A stretch of DNA of 64,000 nucleotides from a virus: IMG/VR virus record IMGVR_UViG_3300037109_000068, positions 1-64,000 of that record; one strand, given 5' to 3'. This document shows positions 54,266 to 63,743 of this stretch, piece by piece. A program made the position numbers and the translations under genes. Every line of letters starts with the position of its first letter. The stretch's first letter is position 1. A model generated the notes under the pieces. The model was given only the letters and a program-made list of their open reading frames with translations, was not told where the DNA came from and ran no database searches.

Positions 54266-57169
54266 ATGGCATACGGTGTAAAATATAGAACGAGTACGTA
54301 CAGTGAAGGATTAGGAAAATGTACGGTGGATATTTTAAAAGACGGATATACAGATGCTATTTCCACTTTTATTATTGCACATAATGGTGTAACAATTACA
54401 TATAATTCTACAGAATATTTTGAGGTAATAAAATCAAATAGTATTACAATCAAGATCATTAATAATAAAGATGATTTCTATGAATTTGATGATTTGCTTT
54501 CAGCTGGGGAATTAGAATATCTAGTAAAAATATACAATGATAATATTATATTATTTTCTGGATTTATTGTTTGTGATGCTACTGAACAAAGCTGGTTATG
54601 GAATGGGGTATTTTCTTTAGTTGCCACAAGTAATTTAACTAGATTAGAACAGAATACTCCAGTTAGTTTATTAACGCATGGAACACATTTACTATTAGAT
54701 TTAGTACTCGAATGTTTATCATGGACAGGATTAGAATTAGATGTAATGGTTAATTGTTCATTGAAAGAATCAAGTGTAAATACTGGTAATTCTTTTCTTG
54801 ATACAACATACATAGATGCTGATTTGTTCTATTCTGATAATGTCACCGTTATGAATTGTAAAGATATTCTTACACAAATTTTACGTTCATTTTCTTGTAT
54901 ATTGTATTATTATGATGATAAGTGGTGGATTGAAAGATTAAAAGATATTGAAACTTCCCCGCGTTCATATTTTGTATATTCAAATAATAGTAGTGCAATT
55001 TCTGTTTTTGTAGATCTTGATTCTGCATATAAAGCAACAATTGGAACAGAAATAATTTTAATTAATACTTCTCAAAATATTAAATATGCTCCAGGATTAA
55101 AAGAAATTGATTTAAATTTAAAGGAAAAAAAGAAATATAATAATTTTAATTATTATTTTAATGCAATAACAAGAGATGAACCAATGTTGACTATTGAATT
55201 TGAAAGTCCAGCATTTGGTGAATGGGAAGTATTAGATGAGACTTGGGTTAATTGGACATATGGTCAGGATTCTAATTTGATGAAAAATTGGGTGAATGTT
55301 ATTGATAGTTATTCAGCTACTGGAACTATGCCTACAGATGTTGCTTTATTTAGCACAGGTGGACATTCTCCTCAATCTTGGTATACTTCCACAAATTATA
55401 TTGATTATAGAACATTAAATAGTATATTGAGCACAGTTACACATATACCTTTAAGAAATTCGTTAAACGGGATTTTTTCACGAATTAAAATTAGTGATAC
55501 TTCTGTGGAAACAATGAATATTACTATAGCATTTAAATTTAAATTACCTCAGGATTTTTTAGATCAATGGTCAACTATATTTCAAGATCAAGTTGCTTTA
55601 AATCCAAAAGTTAATTCTCCTCTTCATAAATTTTATGTTCGAATAATTATTGGGTATGGATCAAATGAGTTTTTAGTTTATAGCACATCAGCATCTGCTT
55701 ATGAATTTAGAAATACAAATGATATTATAATGATGCCAGGTGCTGGTCCAGGTGGATTTGATCCGGCTATTATTACAACAGAAATTCCATATAATTCATT
55801 TACAAATAAAGAATTGTTTTATCATGAGTTTTCTCAAACAATAGCAGTACCTGTCTCATCAGCTACAGATAATTTTACAATAGGATTTTGTGAAATAGGC
55901 TACAATGGAGGACCTTATTACCGTGGGACTAATTTATCTGTTGCTAATTTTGCAATAAAAGAAAGTATATTTGGAGACATTGTTATGACTGTTGAACAAG
56001 CAGAAGAAGATAATTTAATTATTGGAAAAGTAACAAATCATTTTATTACTACAAAAAAAGAAGACATTTACTTATATGATACTAAAAATGATAAGCTTTT
56101 AAATTCAATGTTTACCTCTGTAAATAAAACACATACAGAGGAATGGACAGATGCTTTTCATCCAACTATTTCAAAGCCTATTACTGAATGTATTATAGAA
56201 GATATGTTCCAAATTTACAATAAAACAAGACGTGAAATTAACTCAGATATTAAATCATTAGGTTTTCCTGTTTATGTAGAACCTGTAATACCTTTACCTT
56301 TTGTTGCCTTAAATCAATCGGCATTACATTGGTTTGGAATAACCGCAGCACCAAATGGAGATATTTATGTTGTAGTACTATATGTTGGCATTTATATACA
56401 AATTGGAGGTGCAGGTAATTTTAATTTATTTCATTCTTTAAATGCTGCTTGGTCTGATATTTGTGTAGCACCAAATGGTGATGTGTATGCTTGTGTTTCA
56501 GGAGGTGATATTTATAAAAGGACAGGAGGGGTTGGGAGTTTTGCGGCATTAGGACAAACCAGTCGTGCTTGGAATACTATAACTGCAGCACCCAATGGCT
56601 ATATTTATGCAGGCGTTTATAATGAATATATTTATAGGCAAACTGTTCCAGTTGTAGGAGTGAATGATTTTTTAGAGTATTATTCTGTTGGTGGAGCTTG
56701 GTCTGGTGCTTGTAGTGCACCGAATGGAGCTATTTATTTTGCAAATAGAGGTGGTGATATTTATAAAGATAATGATACTGGAGATAATTTTAATCCATTG
56801 TCTCAAACTCATAGAGATTGGTTAAGTTTGACGTCTGATCAATATGGGAACATATACGCAGCGATCACTAATTATATTTATATCCAACGTGCAGGAGTTG
56901 GTAATTTTACATTATGGGATTCTACTGCTAAATCTTGGACAAGTATTTGTGTAGATATTGATAATAACATTTATGCTGCTGTATATTCAGGAGATATTTG
57001 GAAAAAACCTTTGCGAAATATTAATTATAATTTATTAAAGCCTTTTTCTCTTGTAAATTCTACAATGCAAAGTAAAATCTTTTACATTGATAGTTATCAA
57101 TTAACGTTAGATATTGATCAGTATCAAATAAGTTTAAAAGAATATGTTGGAGATGACGAAATTGATTAA
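54266..57169 (+). CDS. tail tip/baseplate protein with a C-terminal six-repeat beta-propeller-like domain
   Basis: First gene after the tape measure. The C-terminal 230 aa carry six ~40-aa repeats W..I..APNG.IYA...GGDIY. Confidence 0.55.
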   Translation: MAYGVKYRTSTYSEGLGKCTVDILKDGYTDAISTFIIAHNGVTITYNSTEYFEVIKSNSITIKIINNKDDFYEFDDLLSAGELEYLVKIYNDNIILFSGFIVCDATEQSWLWNGVFSLVATSNLTRLEQNTPVSLLTHGTHLLLDLVLECLSWTGLELDVMVNCSLKESSVNTGNSFLDTTYIDADLFYSDNVTVMNCKDILTQILRSFSCILYYYDDKWWIERLKDIETSPRSYFVYSNNSSAISVFVDLDSAYKATIGTEIILINTSQNIKYAPGLKEIDLNLKEKKKYNNFNYYFNAITRDEPMLTIEFESPAFGEWEVLDETWVNWTYGQDSNLMKNWVNVIDSYSATGTMPTDVALFSTGGHSPQSWYTSTNYIDYRTLNSILSTVTHIPLRNSLNGIFSRIKISDTSVETMNITIAFKFKLPQDFLDQWSTIFQDQVALNPKVNSPLHKFYVRIIIGYGSNEFLVYSTSASAYEFRNTNDIIMMPGAGPGGFDPAIITTEIPYNSFTNKELFYHEFSQTIAVPVSSATDNFTIGFCEIGYNGGPYYRGTNLSVANFAIKESIFGDIVMTVEQAEEDNLIIGKVTNHFITTKKEDIYLYDTKNDKLLNSMFTSVNKTHTEEWTDAFHPTISKPITECIIEDMFQIYNKTRREINSDIKSLGFPVYVEPVIPLPFVALNQSALHWFGITAAPNGDIYVVVLYVGIYIQIGGAGNFNLFHSLNAAWSDICVAPNGDVYACVSGGDIYKRTGGVGSFAALGQTSRAWNTITAAPNGYIYAGVYNEYIYRQTVPVVGVNDFLEYYSVGGAWSGACSAPNGAIYFANRGGDIYKDNDTGDNFNPLSQTHRDWLSLTSDQYGNIYAAITNYIYIQRAGVGNFTLWDSTAKSWTSICVDIDNNIYAAVYSGDIWKKPLRNINYNLLKPFSLVNSTMQSKIFYIDSYQLTLDIDQYQISLKEYVGDDEID

Positions 57170-57180
57170 TACATAAAATT

Positions 57181-58773
57181 ATGGGAGTAATAACATATAG
57201 TAAATACAGACGGAATCCAGTAACAGAAGCAACAAACTTAGGATTAGGTAGTGCCATATTTGTAAATAATGATCCTGGGTTAAGCTCAGATGATTTTCTG
57301 TTAAAAACAGGAGATACAGCTACAGGTGATTATACTTTTAACTCTTTCATCAAAATTAGTAACAATTCAGCTACTATGCTGATGTTAGATCGAGCAAATA
57401 CCTCCTATGATGGTGGTTTAGGGTTTACGGATGATGGGGTTGGAAAATGGTATATGTTTCAAGGTAATGGAGGTAATGATCTAAATATACAACAAGTAGG
57501 GGTAGATGGTGGAGCTTATCCAAGAATACGGTTATCAGGAAGTACAAAGGATATTTATTTGGCTTGTAGTGGCGGTAGTACGTTTATTGGAAGTCATATT
57601 GGTTCTAATACATTTACCTCTGGTTTTGCTGGTAGTGGATGGAAAATGGATACTACTTCTGATGTTTCGTTGACTATAGATAACCTGTATGTAAGAAAAT
57701 CTATGTATGTGTATGAATTAGTAATTAATAAAATTCGATGTACTAATGGAAGTCTTTGGGTAAGTGATGCTTGTAAGATTGATCATGTTGTAAGTTCTAC
57801 TATCTACATTGACACAGATGGAGGAAATATGACTGTACCATTTGTAGTTAATGATATTATACGTTGTCAACGTTGGACAGGAAGAACTATAAAATATTAT
57901 ACAGCTACCGTTAATTCTGTAGATGGCTCAGGGGCTTATTTTACTTTTACGGTTATAAATGGTTCAGATGCTCCTGCAGCAGGAGATGAGATTGTAAGGG
58001 TGGGTAATAGTAGTGTTACCTCTAGGCAAGGGGCTTTATATCTTACTTCTAGTGACTCTAATGCTCCATATATGGATATACTTGATGGTGTAACAGGGTA
58101 TAGTTTTGCAGGTAAAACAAAAGTAAGATTAGGTAAATTAGACGGAATTACAGATGCCATATTTGGAGCATTATCAGGATATGGTTTGTATTCTTCTATT
58201 ACATATTTAACTGGCAGTATTAATGCTACTGCGGGATATATTGGTGGATTTACAATTGATGCTGCTGAAGGATTATATTCAGGGACAGGAGCTACTCGTG
58301 TGCAAATGAAAGCAGGAGTTGGAATATGGACAGGTGCAACAGCTTTTGCATCTGGTCATTTTAGAGTTGGGTGTGATGGGGAGCTATTTTGTGACAAAGC
58401 TACTATTAAAACTGCTTCAAGTAGCAGACGAATTGAATTAATAGATAGTGATCATTCTTTGAATTTATACACTGATAATGGTTCCACAATTCAATTAAAT
58501 TCAACTAGAATCCCTTCACTATACATCAGGGATTCCACAAATACATATTCCACATTATTAAAATATGACACAATTGATATAAATAATAGTGGTTCTACAA
58601 GTAGATTTTATGTTGTTACAGGAGCTGGAACATTATCCGTAGCTATGCAAGCTTCTTCATATGTAAATTTATATATTGATTTACCAGATGGAGCTACATC
58701 AGGAGAAACAGGCCCTACTTGGAAAAATGTAGTTGTGAACATTAATACAGGTCGTATATGTAGAGCTAGTTAA
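57181..58773 (+). CDS. tail fibre/spike protein
   Basis: 530 aa, G/S/T-rich, positioned after the tip protein. Confidence 0.45.
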   Translation: MGVITYSKYRRNPVTEATNLGLGSAIFVNNDPGLSSDDFLLKTGDTATGDYTFNSFIKISNNSATMLMLDRANTSYDGGLGFTDDGVGKWYMFQGNGGNDLNIQQVGVDGGAYPRIRLSGSTKDIYLACSGGSTFIGSHIGSNTFTSGFAGSGWKMDTTSDVSLTIDNLYVRKSMYVYELVINKIRCTNGSLWVSDACKIDHVVSSTIYIDTDGGNMTVPFVVNDIIRCQRWTGRTIKYYTATVNSVDGSGAYFTFTVINGSDAPAAGDEIVRVGNSSVTSRQGALYLTSSDSNAPYMDILDGVTGYSFAGKTKVRLGKLDGITDAIFGALSGYGLYSSITYLTGSINATAGYIGGFTIDAAEGLYSGTGATRVQMKAGVGIWTGATAFASGHFRVGCDGELFCDKATIKTASSSRRIELIDSDHSLNLYTDNGSTIQLNSTRIPSLYIRDSTNTYSTLLKYDTIDINNSGSTSRFYVVTGAGTLSVAMQASSYVNLYIDLPDGATSGETGPTWKNVVVNINTGRICRAS

Positions 58774-58848
58774 ATATTTATATATATAAATAATTTTTAT
58801 ACTAAAAATAATTGTTATATTTCAAATAAATCTTTAAAATAAAGTACA

Positions 58849-59145
58849 ATGAAAATTAAAATTAATCAGATTTTAGTAGGTGAAGATGGAAAAACTCCGA
58901 TCCAAGATAAGGATGATATCTTTACTTTAAAAAAAGTATGTATTTCTGCTGTTCTTAATCCAATCAAGGATGAGGATTTTAATAAGAAAATGGAGAAATA
59001 TGTACTATGGAAACGGCTGTTATCAGCAGATGAAGAAATTGAGTTATCTTCAGAGGAAATTACACTATTGAAACAAAGCATTGATAAGTGTTTTGTTCAA
59101 TTAATTCTTGGACAAAGTGTGGAATTATTAGAACAGAAATCATGA
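58849..59145 (+). CDS. hypothetical protein
   Basis: 98-aa ORF. Its stop overlaps the endolysin start (ATGA). Confidence 0.4.
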   Translation: MKIKINQILVGEDGKTPIQDKDDIFTLKKVCISAVLNPIKDEDFNKKMEKYVLWKRLLSADEEIELSSEEITLLKQSIDKCFVQLILGQSVELLEQKS

Positions 59146-59783
59146 GTAAATATTCTAATGGAAATTACATTTTAGGACTTGATTGTTCAAAATACCAAGG
59201 TAATATTAATTGGACAAAAGTTAAAGATGATGGAGTTCAGTTTGCTTTTATTAAAATTACTGAAGGTGGAACTTACAGCGAGGACGAGATATATAACATA
59301 AAAACTAGGGTGATTATGGCAAAGGGTGCTGGAGTTAAAATTGGGTATTATCATTTTGCACGTCCTGGAGATTTTAATGATCCAAAAAAAGATGCTATTC
59401 AAGAAATAGAAAATGTTAAAAAGCATTTAGCTCTTTTACCTTCGTTCAATTTCCCACCTACATTAGATATTGAAGCTTATGCAAAGAATTGTGTATTGAA
59501 AGGAAAAGCACTAAACATTAATATTTTTATTAATACTTTTTTAGATCAATTCAATGAAGTGATAATATTATATACTGGAAAATACTTTTTTGATCCTAAT
59601 TCCAATCACACATATGGAATGAATCCATTATGGTTAGCAGCTTATACCAGTAAACCTGTTTTACCAAAAGGTTGGAACGAATGGAAGATATGGCAATTCA
59701 CAGATAAAGGGCAAATAGATGGGATTCCTGGTTTTGTAGATTTAAACTGGATGCAGGTAGAATATTTTAATTTATTTAACTAA
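59142..59783 (+). CDS. endolysin, GH25 muramidase
   Basis: LDCSKYQGNINW, FIKITEGG, GYYHFARP, LDIE. Confidence 0.9.
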   Translation: MSKYSNGNYILGLDCSKYQGNINWTKVKDDGVQFAFIKITEGGTYSEDEIYNIKTRVIMAKGAGVKIGYYHFARPGDFNDPKKDAIQEIENVKKHLALLPSFNFPPTLDIEAYAKNCVLKGKALNINIFINTFLDQFNEVIILYTGKYFFDPNSNHTYGMNPLWLAAYTSKPVLPKGWNEWKIWQFTDKGQIDGIPGFVDLNWMQVEYFNLFN

Positions 59784-59795
59784 AAAATAATTATT

Positions 59796-60008
59796 ATGAT
59801 TCGCGTAGATAATTTATCAAAACCAGATAATCGTAATTGGCAGAAAGTATCTAATTATTTTCTTTACACTCTGCCTTTGTATTTAGTATCATTAATGGCT
59901 TTGCCTATTTCTGATGATCTAAAATTATGGTTAAACTTTGGATTAACCATGCTTACAGTATCACTTAAAGGTTTCAGTAAATTTACAACTAATTCGGAGG
60001 ACGTATGA
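59796..60008 (+). CDS. holin-like two-TM protein
   Basis: 70 aa with two hydrophobic segments, directly after the endolysin. Confidence 0.45.
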   Translation: MIRVDNLSKPDNRNWQKVSNYFLYTLPLYLVSLMALPISDDLKLWLNFGLTMLTVSLKGFSKFTTNSEDV

Positions 60009-60625
60009 AAACAATTTTAGCAAAAATTTTATCTAATGGAGCACTTGTTTTATTAATATTTGCAGGGTTTTATATTTTCTTTCTGAGAGAATGTAAAAAG
60101 ACAACTTGTCCACCTAAAGGACAAGTATTAGTTAGTCAAACCGTGTGGGATTCGATTCAGAAGATAGCAAACATGCCCCCTAAAATTCACTATGACACAA
60201 TTATTCAAAAAGGTAAAACAGTCTATGTTCCAGGAAATCCAATCTCTAAACCAACAGTAAACCCTCAAGATACCTCAATAAAAATATATAGTGAAAGTCT
60301 ATTGAAAAAGGATATTGATGTAACGGTAGATTTTAGTCTTCGTGGAAAGTTATTAGATGTAAAATGGCAATATAATCCAATTACTAATACAATCGTTAAA
60401 ACGGTAACAGAATATGTACCTAAAATTGTAGATAGACCTGTACCTGTTGTTACAAGAGGTTTGTGGGGATATGCAATGGTAGGAGGTAATTTAAACGCTT
60501 TCGTATTTGGAGGTGGATTTGATTATGTTTCGAAAAAACAAACTGAATATGGTTTTATGTATCAAAGATATGGGAAGTTAGATTTTTATTCATTTAAATT
60601 AGGAATCCCATTGAGAATTAAATAA
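60005..60625 (+). CDS. membrane-anchored lysis-cassette protein (spanin-like?)
   Basis: N-terminal TM ALVLLIFAGFYIFFL. Beta-rich, aromatic-ended C-terminus. Overlaps the holin-like stop. Confidence 0.35.
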   Translation: MKTILAKILSNGALVLLIFAGFYIFFLRECKKTTCPPKGQVLVSQTVWDSIQKIANMPPKIHYDTIIQKGKTVYVPGNPISKPTVNPQDTSIKIYSESLLKKDIDVTVDFSLRGKLLDVKWQYNPITNTIVKTVTEYVPKIVDRPVPVVTRGLWGYAMVGGNLNAFVFGGGFDYVSKKQTEYGFMYQRYGKLDFYSFKLGIPLRIK

Positions 60626-60642
60626 TTTAAAAAGGAGGTAGT

Positions 60643-60702
60643 ATGAAAAATTATTATTTGCCAACACCACCGGACTGGCCTCCAGACCGCCTGTGGCTTT
60701 AA
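60643..60702 (+). CDS. 19-aa Pro/Trp-rich micro-ORF
   Basis: AAGGAGG 5 nt upstream of the ATG. MKNYYLPTPPDWPPDRLWL. Ends just before the terminator. Confidence 0.3.
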   Translation: MKNYYLPTPPDWPPDRLWL

Positions 60703-60710
60703 AAAGAGTA

Positions 60711-60736
60711 AGACCCTAAATCATAGGGTCTTTTTT
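60711..60736. terminator. bidirectional intrinsic terminator between convergent transcription units
   Basis: AGACCCTA-AATCA-TAGGGTCT, followed by TTTTT and preceded by an A-run. Confidence 0.75.
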
Positions 60737-61072
60737 ATTTGTATCTTCCCAGGCCCATTGAGACCCATTGCATGATTTACTCTTTCCTTCAATTGCATAT
60801 TCAATTGCTCGTTTACTTACATCTAACTTTCTAACAGCTGACACAAGTGAAGGCCACTTCTTAATAACAATCCCATTTTTCAATTCTAATACAGGTTTTC
60901 TATGTGCTTGTTGAGCTCTACCTTCATCAAATCCAGCTCCATAGATCATATCAACATATTGCCTAAATAATTTCATAGGAATATAATGATCTGTAGTAAC
61001 TGGGGTTTCGATTAAAATACTTCTGGATTTGATTTCGGATAGAATTTTATCTTTTAAATTGGTCTGTTCCAT
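60716..61072 (-). CDS. hypothetical protein with a C-terminal NUMOD/HTH-like DNA-binding motif
   Basis: WPSLVSAVRKLDVSKRAIEYAIEGKSKSCNGSQWAW resembles homing-endonuclease-type DNA-binding modules. Confidence 0.35.
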   Translation of the reverse strand: MEQTNLKDKILSEIKSRSILIETPVTTDHYIPMKLFRQYVDMIYGAGFDEGRAQQAHRKPVLELKNGIVIKKWPSLVSAVRKLDVSKRAIEYAIEGKSKSCNGSQWAWEDTNKKDPMI

Positions 61073-61443
61073 ATTTCTGGATTTATAATATGCTTAATTG
61101 GAGCGTGTTCAGAATTATCTTCCACCCAATATTTTGCATCCGTATATTTAGGCTTTTTAAATTCTAACATGGCATAATTCCTAATGTCTACCATTAATTC
61201 CAAGTTGTGAGTTTTTTCATACAAAGCAATTTTATTTTTCATTGCTTCAATAAAATCATATTCATTATTTTTATTGAATAATCCGTATCGAAAGGAAGCC
61301 TGTACCATTTTATTTTTTGCAAGTCGATCAAATTCCTCAGACCATTCAGAAGTTTGCAGAGAAGGTAATGCAGGCATGTGATTAATATCATAATCAATTT
61401 CTTTCATGCCTGCATGTTCTCTCCAAAGGTTATTTAAAAACAT
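61054..61443 (-). CDS. hypothetical protein
   Basis: 129-aa ORF overlapping the downstream start. Confidence 0.35.
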   Translation of the reverse strand: MFLNNLWREHAGMKEIDYDINHMPALPSLQTSEWSEEFDRLAKNKMVQASFRYGLFNKNNEYDFIEAMKNKIALYEKTHNLELMVDIRNYAMLEFKKPKYTDAKYWVEDNSEHAPIKHIINPEIWNRPI

Positions 61444-61457
61444 TTCTTCTGTCTAAA

Positions 61458-62057
61458 TCATAACCACTCATTCATCATTGGTAAACTAGCAATCCATTCA
61501 CATATTCCACCTTTACCTGACCATTCTGACATTCTATGATTTTTACGCTGATGATACATATTCATTGCAGTTTCATAATTCATATCATAATCCGCAGATT
61601 GAAGAAAACCTTCTGGAAGTAGTTGTTTCATTTGTCGTAATAATTCCACGTTTTTAGTGGTACGATAGGCTTCTCCTAAATCATTTAAAATCCGTAAAGT
61701 TTCTAACAAAACGACACCATCCTGAAAATCTTGCATAATTAAATCAGTCATTCCTAATTTATGCATAGTGCTACAAGACATACGTACTTTTGAAATACAA
61801 TATGTATCTAATTCTTGCCAAATGTAACGAGGAATGGTAATAAAGCATTGAATATGAATCATCCGTAAAAATTTACGATGTTCTGGACCTGCTTTAATAA
61901 GCTTTTTAGCCAGTTCATTATCATTAGGTCCTATGATAAAATAAGGTTCTCTTATGTTATTAAAAAAAGAATCACTTTTATCCCAACTATTCATTGGATT
62001 CCTCATTCCATGAATTGCAGCCTTAAATCCGAATACTTCTGTGTTTTCAATTTTCAT
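61458..62057 (-). CDS. ThyX-like protein (weak call; canonical RHR motif not seen)
   Basis: FITIPRYIWQELDTY...SCSTMH and a C-terminal HQRKNHRMSEW roughly follow the ThyX layout. Confidence 0.35.
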   Translation of the reverse strand: MKIENTEVFGFKAAIHGMRNPMNSWDKSDSFFNNIREPYFIIGPNDNELAKKLIKAGPEHRKFLRMIHIQCFITIPRYIWQELDTYCISKVRMSCSTMHKLGMTDLIMQDFQDGVVLLETLRILNDLGEAYRTTKNVELLRQMKQLLPEGFLQSADYDMNYETAMNMYHQRKNHRMSEWSGKGGICEWIASLPMMNEWL

Positions 62058-62067
62058 AATTTTAAAT

Positions 62068-62688
62068 TTAAGTTATTTTACTAATCCCTTTTTTAATTGT
62101 TACTTCAAATACTCTATCTGCTTTTTCGTAAATATCTTCTTTATCTACACGTTCATCACTAACCATTATCGTTTGAAGTTTAAGTCGGTTTGATATTTCA
62201 TTAATCATATCGAGTAAACGCAGGTTTGCTTTTACACCTTTTAGATGTTTGAATGGTTCATCAAGTAACATTACATTTCGACTATGTGGTGTTTGCATTG
62301 ACCAAGCAGCAATACGTAGAGCAAAAGCAGCAACATCAACTGCCCCTACACCTGATGCTTTTAATGGATCAACTTTATTTTCGTTACGGACAAAATATAA
62401 ATCACATTCAGTTTTATTCCTACGTGGAACAAATTCAATTTGTAATTTATACGGATCATTAAAAATTGCTTCGAGAGCAAGTGAGGTTATATCGGAGATA
62501 TGAAACGAAAGTTGCTCCTGTGTTGATTTCCCAACAATACGAATAATCTCCCGAGCTTTCTCATGCTTTTGCAAATCTTGTTTTTTTGCAGCAATTTCCT
62601 TACGTAAAGTTAAAATATCTTGCTCAACCTTGATCTTTTGACCTTTTTTTTGTTCAAGATTGTTTCTTAGGCTTTTTATATCTTCCAT
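62068..62688 (-). CDS. Rad50/SbcC-like ATPase, C-terminal half only (coiled coil + signature/Walker B)
   Basis: LKASGVGAVDVAAFALRIA (signature-like) and VMLLDEPF (Walker B/D-loop). No Walker A in this ORF. Confidence 0.45.
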   Translation of the reverse strand: MEDIKSLRNNLEQKKGQKIKVEQDILTLRKEIAAKKQDLQKHEKAREIIRIVGKSTQEQLSFHISDITSLALEAIFNDPYKLQIEFVPRRNKTECDLYFVRNENKVDPLKASGVGAVDVAAFALRIAAWSMQTPHSRNVMLLDEPFKHLKGVKANLRLLDMINEISNRLKLQTIMVSDERVDKEDIYEKADRVFEVTIKKGISKIT

Positions 62689-62866
62689 AAATTTCTTTGA
62701 TTATGATTAAAATAATAATTATAAACCAACCTATAATTAATATTTTACCTGCTAAATCTTGTTCTGCCATTTTATTCGAATAACTATTGTTGGAATTAAA
62801 CAAATATAGAGATATTTATTTTTCTTATCAATAAATAAACCAACCCATAAATCATACCAAACAAAT

Positions 62867-63106
62867 TTAATTACTATTTTCATACTCCTCCTCAAGATTT
62901 TTAATGCCTTCACTAATTTCAGTATCTAATAGATTTATTTCATCATCCATTTTATCTAATTTCTTTTCAGCTTCTTCGATTGTATTACATTTCCAATCAT
63001 CTTTAAGTTGTTTCATAAGAGCTTGTTTATGCCCTTTTAATTGATTTACTGTAGATTTTGCTTCATCTACTTGCCGTTTTAATTGCAAAAGTTGTTGTTC
63101 TGTCAT
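62867..63106 (-). CDS. coiled-coil protein
   Basis: 79-aa ORF with an ATGA overlap with the upstream small ORF. Confidence 0.4.
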   Translation of the reverse strand: MTEQQLLQLKRQVDEAKSTVNQLKGHKQALMKQLKDDWKCNTIEEAEKKLDKMDDEINLLDTEISEGIKNLEEEYENSN

Positions 63107-63282
63107 TGCACAGATGGTTTAAAATTGTTTACAATAGTTATTAATTGCATATTTGCCTCTAATAATTTTTGAACTTCATTTACAAAAATTGGATAATCTT
63201 TTTCAATGAATTTTAGTAAATAAGCACATTCATTTTCTGACAATACACTTACAGTTTTAGTTAATCTTTGTTTTTCTGTCAT
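63103..63282 (-). CDS. small hypothetical protein (59 aa, below the ORF-track cutoff)
   Basis: MTEKQRLTKTVSVLSENECAYLLKF... ATGA overlaps at both ends indicate translational coupling. Confidence 0.45.
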   Translation of the reverse strand: MTEKQRLTKTVSVLSENECAYLLKFIEKDYPIFVNEVQKLLEANMQLITIVNNFKPSVQ

Positions 63283-63494
63283 ATTCTTTCAAATTTTTCA
63301 TTAAATTCATTTTCTTCCCTCACGTATAATTGAGGATCATCCATGTGTGCATCAACTTCTTTTACATATAAAACCATTTTTTGGTTATTAGTAATGTTAT
63401 TAACATAAGCTATGGAAAATACATTTGTGGAATTTATTATATTTTCCTGAAGTATTATATACCTTTCACCTGATTTTTTATTTATTGCTATCAT
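63279..63494 (-). CDS. hypothetical protein
   Basis: 71-aa ORF. Confidence 0.4.
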   Translation of the reverse strand: MIAINKKSGERYIILQENIINSTNVFSIAYVNNITNNQKMVLYVKEVDAHMDDPQLYVREENEFNEKFERI

Positions 63495-63506
63495 AAGTCA
63501 AAAAAA

Positions 63507-63743
63507 TTAGTTATCTAAAGATTTTAAATATTGATCAAATTTTTTATTATCTTCAATTATTTTAGGAATAGCTTTTGTAGCACATTTTCCACAAATGTAA
63601 TAATCAACTTCACAACCATTTTCATCATTAGAATATCCAGCAGCGTAGCTTCCTCCTATAGGAGTTTTACATATATCACAAGCATCATCAAATTCACACT
63701 TTACAAAATATTCTTCTATTTCTTTTTGTGGCAATATTTTCAT
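63507..63743 (-). CDS. small zinc-ribbon protein
   Basis: CDICKTP ... CGKC, two CxxC pairs. Confidence 0.45.
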   Translation of the reverse strand: MKILPQKEIEEYFVKCEFDDACDICKTPIGGSYAAGYSNDENGCEVDYYICGKCATKAIPKIIEDNKKFDQYLKSLDN

